Below are positions 1 to 9,287 of a stretch of 19,137 bases of DNA, in pieces. A program made the translations under genes and the position numbers. Source of the DNA: Octopus sinensis (lineage: Eukaryota). Where the stretch lies: assembly GCF_006345805.1 (NCBI RefSeq), contig NW_021824353.1, positions 1 through 19,137 on the forward strand, given 5' to 3'. Positions within the stretch are counted from its first letter, which is position 1. Every line of letters starts with the position of its first letter. The notes under the pieces are model-generated. The model did not search any database, had not been told where the DNA came from, and saw only the letters and a list, made by a program, of their open reading frames with translations.

Positions 1-88
1 ATCATATATATATGTATATCTATATATCTTATTATAATATATATGTATATCATATATATATATATTGTAATCATATATATATATATAT
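1..88. repeat. (TA)n-rich microsatellite
   Basis: Interrupted ATATAT runs seen directly. Confidence 0.9.
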
Positions 89-463
89 GTGTATATGATG
101 CATGTACGCATGTTTATTATATATGGATGTATATATCTACATGTGTGTGTTCGCACGTGCGTAAGGGGGGGGTGTTGTGACAAGTTCCATTGTGTAGAAC
201 CGGAAGTTCCTACACCACCCCCATCAATACACCTTCACCCAACTGAGTGCAGCATTTCTCCCACGAAGTATGTCGTGCACTGAAGCTGCAACACTGCACT
301 GAAATGCACACATTGCATATTAAACCACGTGCACGCGCGTACAGAAACACACAGATGTTTTATATGCGTTATTTTCATTAACGCTAATGAAAATTTTTAT
401 CATTGTGGTTTTAATGTCAATTGATGAGAACTTTTCAGCTCACCATGTTAACAGCAGTAGCCG

Positions 464-487
464 TAGATAGATGGGTAGGTAGGTAGG

Positions 488-560
<73 letters not shown>

Positions 561-615
561 CGATATAGATAGATAGATCGATATAGATAGATAGATGGGT
601 AGGTAGGTAGGTAGG
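464..615. repeat. (GATA)n/(GGTA)n compound tetranucleotide microsatellite
   Basis: Long AGAT run flanked by GGTA runs; source of the YLSI-repeat ORFs. Confidence 0.97.
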
Positions 616-664
616 CAAGTACCCACGCATACCTATCTATATACATGTACGCATAAGTATATAT

Positions 665-1090
665 CTCCTTTACTCTTTTACTTGTTTCAGTCATTCGACT
701 GCGGCCATGCTGGAGCACCGCCTTTGGTCGAGCAAATCGACCCCAGGACTTATCTTTTGTAAACCTAGTACTTATTCTATCGGTCTCTTTTGCAGAAACG
801 TTAGGTTACGGGGACGTAAACACACAACCATCGGTTGTCAAGCGATGTTGGGGGACAAACACAGACACACAAAATAAACACATATACACACACACACACA
901 TATATATATATACATATATACGGTGGGCTTCTTTCAGTTTCCGTCTACCAAATGCACTAACAAGGCTTTGGTCAGCCCAAGGCTATAGTAGAAGACACTT
1001 GCCCAAGGTGCCACGCAGTGGGAATGAACCCGGAACCATATGGTTGCTAAGCAAGCTACTTACCACACAGCCACTCCTACGTGTGTGCCT
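665..1090 (-). mobile_element. tRNA-derived CORE-type SINE, family A, full length
   Basis: The minus strand reads a tRNA-like head with an A-box-like TGGCTGTGTGG and a B-box-like GGTTCATTCCC. Then come CORE-like CACCTTGGGCAAGTG, an internal TA/TG microsatellite, body, a CAGTC-N4-GACTG stem-loop and a GTAAAAGA-type tail. More than 10 homologous copies lie in the window. Confidence 0.9.
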
Positions 1091-1140
1091 ATTACATATT
1101 TTGTGTGTGTATTTACGTGTGTATGTGTCTTTTTCTCAGA

Positions 1141-1365
1141 AGGGTTCCGAGCTGCCCGTATCGTTAGTTTATCGGACAAAATTCTTGGTGATGTTTCCTC
1201 TGTCGCTTTACTTTCAGATTTCAAATTCCCCCGATGCCGAGCTTTGTCTTTTAGCCTGTGAGGCTCGATAAAATAATTACCATTGGAATATTGGGGTTGA
1301 TAAAATAACCTTTTTCACTCTCCCTAAAATTGCTGACTTAGTTCCAACAGATGAAATAATTATTA
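1141..1365 (+). mobile_element. Degenerate tRNA-derived SINE, family B
   Basis: Alignable by eye to the reverse complement of 16679-16916 and 5255-5430 (GAGCTG..ATCGTTAG, TTCAAATTCC B-box, TCGATAAA..TACCA). Confidence 0.65.
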
Positions 1366-1580
1366 TAATTATTATTGATATTATATAATAATAAAATCCT
1401 GTTTCATGAATCTTGATTCGCCGAACCGATTACTCAAACAACTGAAGTTGTGAAGCAAAATTATTAGCCAAAAATTGGTAAAATGTATCACATAAACTTG
1501 TGTTTCTGATAAGGTGGTCTCCAATCTTTGCTACATATTTCAAGCACTTGTGTCGAATATCTAATTTTGGATCAATGTCG

Positions 1581-1581
1581 T

Positions 1582-1622
<41 letters not shown>

Positions 1623-1665
1623 TATATATTATATTATATATATAGTATAATATATATATATATAT
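1581..1665. repeat. (TA)n microsatellite
   Basis: Seen directly. Confidence 0.95.
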
Positions 1666-1796
1666 CTTGTACTTTGTTCAATCGTTAGGACTGCTGCCAT
1701 GTTCGGGCACTGCTTTTTTAGTCCAACGAATTGACCCTAGTACTGGTGTATATATGCTATTGTTCATTTTTGCCGAACCGCTTGGTTACAGAGACA

Positions 1797-1834
<38 letters not shown>

Positions 1835-2018
1835 ACACACACACACACACACACCACACACACACTGTGCTTCTTTCACTTGAAGTCTACCAAAACCACT
1901 CACAAGTCTTTGGTCGGCCCGACACTATAGATCTACCCAAGGTCTGCCGCAGTGGGATTGAACCCGGAGCCATGTGGTTGGGAAGTATGCCTCTTACCAC
2001 ACAACCATGCCTGCGCCT
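1666..2018 (-). mobile_element. Family A SINE, diverged, with internal (CA)n expansion at 1800-1865
   Basis: Same module order as 665-1090 (GCCGAACCGC, CACTCACAAG..TTTGGTCGGCCCG, CCCAAGG, TTACCACAC..CCTGCGCCT). Confidence 0.85.
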
Positions 2019-2075
2019 ACATGTATGCCTTTGTCTTTTCTAGTGTGCACGTGTGTGTGTGTGTGCGTGTGTGTG

Positions 2076-2140
2076 TGAAGGTGCGTTTGCTTAGTAGTTA
2101 AGGGTGATGGATTCACGGCGTTCTTCAGTTCAGTCACCTA
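2076..2140 (+). mobile_element. Truncated tRNA-like SINE head (family C/D type)
   Basis: TGAAGGTGCGTTTGCTTAGTAGTTAAGGG resembles the heads at 9681 (+) and 6013 (-). Confidence 0.5.
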
Positions 2141-2887
2141 AAGACGAATACGAGCAAGAGTTAGCGAATTTATATACTCTGTCGGATTAGCGTTCCATTC
2201 AGCGGTGGTGACCGTATTGTACTTATACGTCGCTAAAACAGCAACAACCGGCGAGTTAGGGATTAGCGTCTCGTTCAGATGTGAACTTGGGGAATTGTAC
2301 TTGCGGCCGAAAATCGCGAGAAACTGCGGCCCAGGGAGCCTCTCATGTCGAAACAGACCTAAGCACACACACACACTAGTGCTAATTGTGTGTACATGTA
2401 TGTATGTGTGTGCATTTATAGGGATTGGTGTATCTTGTTTACAAATGAAGAAATATTTTCATTTGTAAACACACGCATTGAATCTAACACACACACACAC
2501 ACACACACACACATATTGAGGATTTCCGAACTAGTGAAGCATTCACAAATACTCATTCTATCACGCCATCTCCCCCCACCATTGTGTGTGTGTGTGTCTA
2601 AAGTTGATGAGGATGCAACTTCATTTTGTGTTCCTTTAAAAAAAACACCACAAAGCTGATGTGTGTGCGTGTGAGCGCACGCACACACACACACACACGT
2701 CTACATATCTATATAGCTTAGATTACATATTATTGATTTAAAAGATAGATATATTCGTTTTTTAATTTTTCAAAATTCACTTTTACTTGATATAGCTTAC
2801 ATTTTTGCGGATATATATATATAAATATATATTATGCATTATGTATTATATATCTTCGTGTGTTTTTTGTGCATACGTTTCATGTTA

Positions 2888-3025
2888 TACTCTCTTTACT
2901 TACGCAACATCTCTGAAATCGCAAAACAATTTTTTTTAGTGAGATTCTATGTATTTGTCTGTATGACTATTTCTGTCTCTTTTCCCCTCTCTATTTATCT
3001 GTGTATCTCTTCCGTCCATATAATT

Positions 3026-3076
<51 letters not shown>

Positions 3077-3258
3077 TATATATATATATATATAGTCTGC
3101 AGCCTTCGAGCTGCAGTATTTTGTCTCAGAAAAGCGTCTCAAAAAGACTTACGTTTTAAAATCAACAGGCTTTACTCAGAATTCCGGCGGTCGGGCCAGA
3201 CACTGCGTTTCGACAATATTTGATCGCCTCAGTGATAAATATCCCGTAACGTTCTGAG
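2888..3258 (+). repeat. Unclassified ~350 bp repeat, copy 1 (contains (TA)n at 3030-3093; no SINE insertion)
   Basis: Colinear similarity with 4521-4587 plus 4989-5227 (CAACATCTCTG..GCAAAACAAT, GAGATTCT, CAGA.AAGC.TCTCAAAAA, GCCAGACACTG). Confidence 0.8.
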
Positions 3259-3679
3259 CTAAGCTCACTATCGACTGTTCTGTTATTGAAATCGATACCG
3301 ATAGCATTTGCAGATTTATTTCATTCCACCTTTGCATCCTACGAAGCTAAGTACCTCGGATATTCTTGGTTCAATAATTTTATATGGTTGACGCAATTCG
3401 TATCTTTACAATATCTTCCAAAAATTCTTTACTAAATCATGTAAGATAAGTTATATAAACTTAGCAAGAAGTAGCTTATAGCAATTACATTATTTCTAAA
3501 GAGAATCAATGAATTTGTGTAAGTATGTGTGTGTGTAAGACGTTAAAAGGCCGGTACTCCAGAAGGGAGGTGGCCCTTTTATGTTACTATCCATAAAATG
3601 TCAAATGGTGCTAGAAAATCAAGGAGTTATGGAATTGGTAAGAATCGAAATACAAGAGTACACACACTTCAAATACACA

Positions 3680-3721
3680 CACGTATGTGTATGTATATTT
3701 ATGTGTGTATATATGTATATA

Positions 3722-3769
<48 letters not shown>

Positions 3770-4090
3770 TTAGTAGGAATTGCTCACGTTTCTTCCAACA
3801 TGACGGATATAATTTTTACATGCATGCATTCATGCTTGCAATATGTGTATATACGTATGTATACATATATGTGATGTGTGTGTATATATTTTAAGGTGAT
3901 GTGTGCGTGTATGTAGATGTATCTGCGTACATATGTATGCAACTACGTAAATATATATGTGTGTATGGTATGCATATACATATGTCTATATACATATCTA
4001 TATTTAGGTATGCATGCATATAGGCAGGTATGTATGTATATAGTCATAGATGTGAGTAGGTATATATATATATATATGTGTGTGTGTGGG
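3680..4090. repeat. TG/TA/TATG low-complexity tract with pure (TG)n at 3724-3766
   Basis: Seen directly. Confidence 0.9.
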
Positions 4091-4439
4091 TATAGAAATT
4101 GTCATAACTGTTTCGTGACTCAATTTCTAAATAAATATCACTAATTACATTTGTTTTAATTAATTTTTAAAATATTTTACAATTTCAATGGATTTAGCAA
4201 AATAATTAACTTTATCATTACTAAGCTGGTACCGGGGACCTAATTAAATCAATGTTCTCAAAAGAAAAAAAGGTGGGGAGTGAGTTTAGTATTTAATTAA
4301 TTTCCACACACTTCCCTCCCCTCCTTGGTCTCTCGGCACGTTACAGTCATTAGGGCGTCGTCGTGGAAGACGGTGGCGCCTGTAATTTATCAAATGTGAA
4401 AACAGTTGATTTCTTTGAAGAAAAGAAACGGGGAGAGAA

Positions 4440-4510
4440 GAATCGACCTCCAGAATTAGGCTGGTCGTTCGTACAGTGACCCCGAAAGGATGAAAGGCAA
4501 TTTTGTCTCC
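4440..4510 (-). mobile_element. Family B SINE fragment
   Basis: GACCCCGAAAGGATGAAAGGCAA is identical in core to 16795-16820 and nearly identical to 5323-5345. Confidence 0.7.
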
Positions 4511-4520
4511 TGCTCTGATG

Positions 4521-4798
4521 TACTCTTTTACTTTTCACAACATCTCTGGAATTGCAAAACAATATTTTTTTTTTTCCCCGAGATTCTTCTCTTTTACTTG
4601 TTTCAGACATTTGACTGCGGCCATGCTGGAGCACCGCCTTTAGTCGAGCAAACCGACCCCAGAGCTTATTGATTGTAAGCCTAGTACTTATACTATCGAA
4701 CTCTTTTGCCGAACCGCGAAGACACAGGGACGTTAACACACCAGCATGGTTGTCAAGCGATGTTGGGGGGACAAACACAGACACACAAACACACACAT

Positions 4799-4831
<33 letters not shown>

Positions 4832-5227
4832 CATATATACATATAAGTACGGGACGGGCTTCTTTCAGTTTCCCTCTACCAAATCCACTCACAAGGCTTT
4901 GGTCGGCCCGAGGCAATAGTAGAAGACATTTGCTCAAGGTGCCACGCATTGGGAATGAACCCGGAACCACACAGCTACTCCTACGCCTATTCTGTGTATT
5001 TACTTGTGTGTCTGTCTATCTCTGTCCCTTTTACCCCCTCCCTCCCTCTCTCTCTATCTGTACATCTCTCCTGCAATGCTCAAACTGCAATATTTAGTTT
5101 CAGAGAAGCATCTCAAAAATGTTTGTTTTAAAAAGAATAGGTTTCACTCAGGACCCCTGTGGATCGCCAGACACTGTTTCGCATGATTCAGTCTCCTCAC
5201 TGACAAGCACCCACGTATGTTCCGAGT
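4521..5227 (+). repeat. Unclassified ~350 bp repeat, copy 2, interrupted by a family A SINE
   Basis: Homology to 2888-3258 stops at 4587 and resumes at 4989. Confidence 0.75.
4588..4988 (-). mobile_element. Family A SINE, near full length, with 5-bp target-site duplication ATTCT
   Basis: Well-preserved copy. ATTCT at 4583-4587 and 4989-4993; the paralogous empty site has one ATTCT at 2944-2948. Confidence 0.9.
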
Positions 5228-5254
5228 ATATCAGAGAGTATTTGAGCGCAGGAA

Positions 5255-5430
5255 TGTTGGTTTCAAATTTTGGTACAAGGCCAGCATTTTCGGGGGAGTA
5301 TTGAACTGGCACTTATTTTATCGACCCCGAAAGGATGAAAAGCAAAGTCGACCGCAGCAGCATTTGAACTCAGAACGAAAAGCAGCTAAGAATTTGCCTG
5401 GGGGCTAACGATTCTGCCAGATCGTCGTCT
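5255..5430 (-). mobile_element. Family B SINE, internally deleted
   Basis: TATCGACCCCGAAAGGATGAAAAGCAAAGTCGAC...TTTGAACTCAGAACG...GCTAACGATTCTGCCAG matches 16790-16916. Confidence 0.85.
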
Positions 5431-5439
5431 TATATCCAC

Positions 5440-5575
5440 GACGGGCTTCTTTCAGTTTCCGTCATCCAAATCCATTCACAGGGCTTTGGTCGGCCCGAGG
5501 TTATAACAGAAACACTTGCCCAAGGAATCCGGGATGAATATTGCAAGGCATGGTTTCCAACAGGCTCTCAACTTT
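5440..5575 (-). mobile_element. Family A SINE, 5' (head/CORE) fragment
   Basis: GACGGGCTTCTTTCAGTTTCCGTC...GGTCGGCCCGAGG...CACTTGCCCAAGG. Confidence 0.85.
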
Positions 5576-5693
5576 CTCAGCTCATCCCTTTATAAAACAC
5601 GTTTTATTTTTTACGATAAAATCAGAAGGGAGTTCAGTAATGTAGTTTTCAATCCAGAGGGATTAATTAAGGAAACTTCATTAGTATATACGC

Positions 5694-6013
5694 CGGCACT
5701 CTGTCGGTTATGACAACGATGGTTCCAGCGGGATCTGATCAACAGAACAGCCTGCTCGTGGAATTAACATGCATGTAGCTGAGCACTTAATAGTCATGTG
5801 TAGCGTTAAGGTTTTTCTCAGGAAAATTCAGCATGAAAACAGAGTGTGACAAAGCCGGCCCTTGGAATTGCAGGTACAGCTAATTTTTGCCAACTGAATG
5901 GACTGGAGCAACGTGAAATAAAGTGTCTTGCTCAAGGACATAGCGCTTTGTATTGAACCTACGACCATACGATCGTGAGCCAAACACCTGAACCACTTAG
6001 CAACGCGCCTTCA
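5694..6013 (-). mobile_element. tRNA-derived CORE-type SINE, family C
   Basis: The minus strand starts TGAAGGCGCGTTGCTAAGTGGTT, has B-box-like GGTTCAAT and CORE-like GTCCTTGAGCAAGACACTT. Homologous to 16289-16589 and 16599-17149. Confidence 0.85.
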
Positions 6014-6139
6014 TTACAGGTGAGAGAGAGATGTGAGGTCTTTGAAAGCTTTTGGTCCAATGGAACCAGAGTTGTTCTGGAACTACTAAATAACTACTGA
6101 GGACTTCAAAACGAATTGTACAGCAAAAGAACAGTTGTA

Positions 6140-6675
6140 ATCCACCCGTGACCGTCCCTTGTGTTACTCAGACATAGTGTATCTAGGACTACATTATCTA
6201 ATGTATAATATAGCAGTTAGTATTAGGAACTGTAATTATTGTTGTTTAGCCCCAGGTCAATCTTGATCCAGCAAACCTATGATCAAAGATGTTCCAGCTG
6301 TGACCATCCCAACTGTTATTCAGACATAGTCCATCTAGGAATACACTATCTAATGTATAGTGTAGTAGTTGATATTAGTGGCCATAGTTGTTATTTAACC
6401 CCAGGTCAACCATGATCCGAATGACCTACAATCAAAGACGTTCCAGTTGTGACCATCCTATCTTTTATTGAGGAATAGTCTATCTAGGATTGCAATATGC
6501 AATGTACTGTAGAGTACTTTTGTTGTACTTGTATAGCCCTTGGTCAACCCTGATCCAGTAGACCTATGACCGATGATGTTCCACTTGAGGCCACCCCACC
6601 TAAAGAATATTAAGAGGGCAGCGTATGATTTGCTGTTATTTCTAGCAAATCGACCGACCAGGTAGTGGTTTCCTT
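6140..6675 (+). repeat. Left arm of foldback: ~3.5 tandem ~140-150 bp units plus terminal module
   Basis: GTGACC(A/G)TCC at 6148, 6300, 6449 and degenerate ~6586; CCCCAGGTCA, TGATCC and ATCTAGGA recur. Confidence 0.85.
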
Positions 6676-6680
6676 CTCAC

Positions 6681-6771
6681 CTCGTATTGCAGTATCGGCT
6701 GCTGCTGTTGGTGCTGGTGGTGTTGGTGCCGTTCCTGCTGCACCTGGCTGTAAATTGCTGATTGATCAAAT
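6681..6771 (-). CDS. Candidate 91-nt internal exon, Q/H-rich (FDQSAIYSQVQQERHQHHQHQQQQPILQYE); host gene unknown
   Basis: Minus-strand acceptor TGTGTTCTAG and donor GAG|GTGAGA bound an open frame with mixed CAG/CAA/CAC codons. A plus-strand alternative (6693-6749) also exists, so this is ambiguous. Confidence 0.3.
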
Positions 6772-6893
6772 CTAGAACACAGCATTACAACAACTTCAGC
6801 AGCTGTTGTTGTTGTTGTTGTTGCTGCTGTTCCCAGCCTTTGAAGTAGTAGCATGAACAACAGTGACGGCAACAAACGCAGACACCAACCACT

Positions 6894-7468
6894 GAGTGCC
6901 TCTACCTGGTTGATTAATCTGCTAGAAACAGCAGTCAAATCTTTTATGTCTTTACACAAAGCTCAATCTTTGAGGTAGTGTAGTCCTAGATACACATGTC
7001 TGGGACATCTTTTGTCATTGGTCTCAGTTGGATCAGGACAGACCTTGGGCTAAATAAACAACTACTAGTACTAACTAGTAATATTATACATTGAATAATG
7101 TAGTCCCAGATGCACTATGCTTGAATAAAAGACAGGATGGTCACTGTTGGAACATCTTTGATCATATGTCTACGGGGTTAGGACTGACCTAAGTCCACTA
7201 ATACTAACTACTATACTATAAATAAGAAAATGTAGTCCTAGATAGGATGGTCACGGCTGGAACGTCTTTGATCATAGGTTTGCTGAATCAGGACTGACCT
7301 GGGACTAAACAATTTATGCAAACTAATACCAACAGCTACACTGCACATTAGATAATGTAGTCCTAGATACACTATGTCTGAACAAAAGATGGGACGTCAC
7401 AGCTAGAACACCTTTGATCATGGATCTGCTGGATCAGGATTGTCCTGGGGTTAAACAACAACAATAAA
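6894..7468 (-). repeat. Right arm of foldback: terminal module plus 4 tandem units, inverted relative to 6140-6675
   Basis: TAGTCC(T/C)AGAT at 6981, 7101, 7233, 7358; GGATGGTCAC at 7135 and 7245. The reverse complement of 7324-7467 aligns closely with 6236-6378. Confidence 0.85.
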
Positions 7469-7841
7469 CCTCCACATATCCTACTCGACTCTCGTGCTGC
7501 CTGTAGATAGGGGGACCATTGTTGGATGAAGGCTCGACCCTTGCTTGTTAGGGTTATGCTGGATATATGGGGTCCCTCGCCTGACCCTAATTGCATCCTG
7601 CCTTATTTCTTCCATATCCACGTAATATTTTTTCTGTATTATGGATGCCTTTCCTCTTACTTCTCCCTCATATGACCCCCGTCTTCTTTCCCCCTTTTTT
7701 ATATAAACCCCCGCTCAACAAATTACCCTGCTAGGGTAAGGTCGCCCTCACTGGGTGCTCTTTTGGAAAGCGTAAATCACATTTGTCCGTTTGATTCTGA
7801 CGATCTATAGTTCACGCACACACAGACACACACACACACAG

Positions 7842-8345
7842 AGGCGCAGGTGTAGCTGTGCGGTATGAAGTTTGCTTCCCAACCACATGGTTCCGGGTTC
7901 GATTCCACTGCGTGGAACCTTAGGCGGGTGTCTTCTACTATAGCCCCGGCCCGACCAATCTAAGCCATCGCCCGAGGATTGCTTCGCTGGTTGAAACTTC
8001 GAAGACACTGTCAGCATTCTTGTATAATAAGAATAATAAATCTGTACTCTACAAAAGTACAGGACTTTTGTAGAGTACAAATCTATGTAAAATTGTTATA
8101 ATTGAACATAAGTACACACATATACAAATGTGTGTGTGTTTGTCCCCTACTACTGCTTGACAGTCGACGTTGGTTTGTTTACGTCCCGTAGATTAGCGCT
8201 TCGGCCTTAATGACTGATAGAATAAGCAACAGGCTTTAATAAAAACAATAAGTACCGGGATTAATTCTTTCGACTGACAAATTCTTCAAGGCGGTGCCCC
8301 AGCATGGTCGCAGGCAGTCAAATGACTGAAACAGGAAGAATATAA
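7842..8345 (+). mobile_element. Family A SINE carrying an internal insertion (~7965-8120)
   Basis: Head AGGCGCAGGTGTAGCTGTGCGG..GGTTCGATTCC; body resumes ~8130; stem-loop CAGTCAAATGACTG at 8315-8328. Confidence 0.85.
7996..8083. mobile_element. Palindromic MITE-like element fragments (right half, then start of the next left end)
   Basis: Perfect 16-bp inverted repeat TGTACTCTACAAAAGT (8043-8058) / ACTTTTGTAGAGTACA (8064-8079); homologous to 8688-8778. Confidence 0.55.
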
Positions 8346-8485
8346 AAAGAAACGTGTGCGCGCGCGGGCGTTAAGTGTTACGTACGTCTCTTCGACTTGT
8401 TGGCGGTTGGCTGGCCGGTGTGTCGGCTGGCGTTTAATGGCTGACTGCTATAATCTCGTTTGAAGTGATTGTGTTTTGTCAACAG

Positions 8486-8488
8486 ACG
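8486..8488 (+). other. Candidate 3-nt microexon (ACG)
   Basis: GTGTTTTGTCAACAG|ACG|GTGAGA, with branch-point-like CTGAC at 8441-8445, in a non-repeat island. Confidence 0.2.
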
Positions 8489-8595
8489 GTGAGAGCTTGG
8501 ATGGCAGGCAGGTTGGCTGGCTGGCTGGCATCTTAAAGAGAAACTAGAATATTTGGTTGCAAAGAATACACGTTCCTCTGTATGTATGTGTGTAT

Positions 8596-8626
<31 letters not shown>

Positions 8627-8687
8627 ATGTTTGCTTTTATATTTGATTGTAATAAAAACAGTTTTTCATTCATGCTTTTCATCTATG

Positions 8688-8778
8688 CTTTTGTAGAGTA
8701 CAAATTTCTTCTTAGAAAAGAATGTTGACAGTGACTTCGAAGTAACTGCAGCAACATTCTTGCATAAGAATAATAAAT
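8688..8778. mobile_element. Palindromic MITE-like element, truncated at right end
   Basis: CTTTTGTAGAGTACAAAT end; hairpin AAGAATGTTG (8718-8727) / CAACATTCTT (8752-8761) around the central palindrome ACTTCGAAGT (8734-8743). Confidence 0.55.
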
Positions 8779-8809
<31 letters not shown>

Positions 8810-8810
8810 C

Positions 8811-9193
8811 ACTCTTTTACTTGTTTCAGTCATTTGACTGTGGCCATGCTGGAGCACCGCATTTAGCCTAGCAAATAGACCCCCGGACTTATTCTTTGTA
8901 AGCCTAGTACTTATACTATCGGTCTCTTTTGCCAAACCGCTAAGTTAAAGGGACATGAACACACGAGCATCGGTTGTCAAGCAATGTTGGGGTGGGACAA
9001 ACACACACATATATACATATGTATATATATGACGGGCTTCTTTCAGTTTCCGTCTACCACATCCACTTACAAGGCTTTGGTCAGCCCGAGGCTATAGTAG
9101 AAGACACTTGCCCAAGGTGCTACGCAGTGGAACTGAACCCGGAACCATGTGGTTCGTAAGCAAGCTACTTACCACACAGCCACTCTTGCGCCT
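8811..9193 (-). mobile_element. Family A SINE, full length
   Basis: High similarity to 665-1090 and 4588-4988; all modules present. Confidence 0.92.
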
Positions 9194-9287
9194 ATATAGG
9201 GAGAATTCACAAAAAAAAAACGCGAAGATAGGTGGTGTAGACAACAAACATGTATTAGTTTAATGCTCGGCAAGTGAAAAAGTCTTT

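Noticed and set aside
435-718. YLSI-repeat ORFs
   Set aside because: Translation of (GATA)n.
4310-4490. Pyrimidine tract plus AG followed by an open frame GVVVEDGGACNLSNVKTVDFFEEKK
   Set aside because: No convincing donor, no recognisable homology, and the 3' part runs into a family B fragment.
4350-4970. 206-aa minus-strand ORF, and the recurring MLQHGRSQMTETSKR peptide in ORFs at 440, 8666, 10611 and 10974
   Set aside because: These are read-throughs of family A SINE sequence; recurrence reflects repeat copies, not a gene family.
6140-7468. Regularly spaced repeats as a CRISPR-like array
   Set aside because: Eukaryotic context; the whole unit is homologous between copies with no unique spacers, and there are no cas genes.
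9195-9287. Short segment between two SINEs resembling a retroelement terminal fragment
   Set aside because: Only one truncated copy in the window and no diagnostic motif, so it cannot be classified from the sequence.
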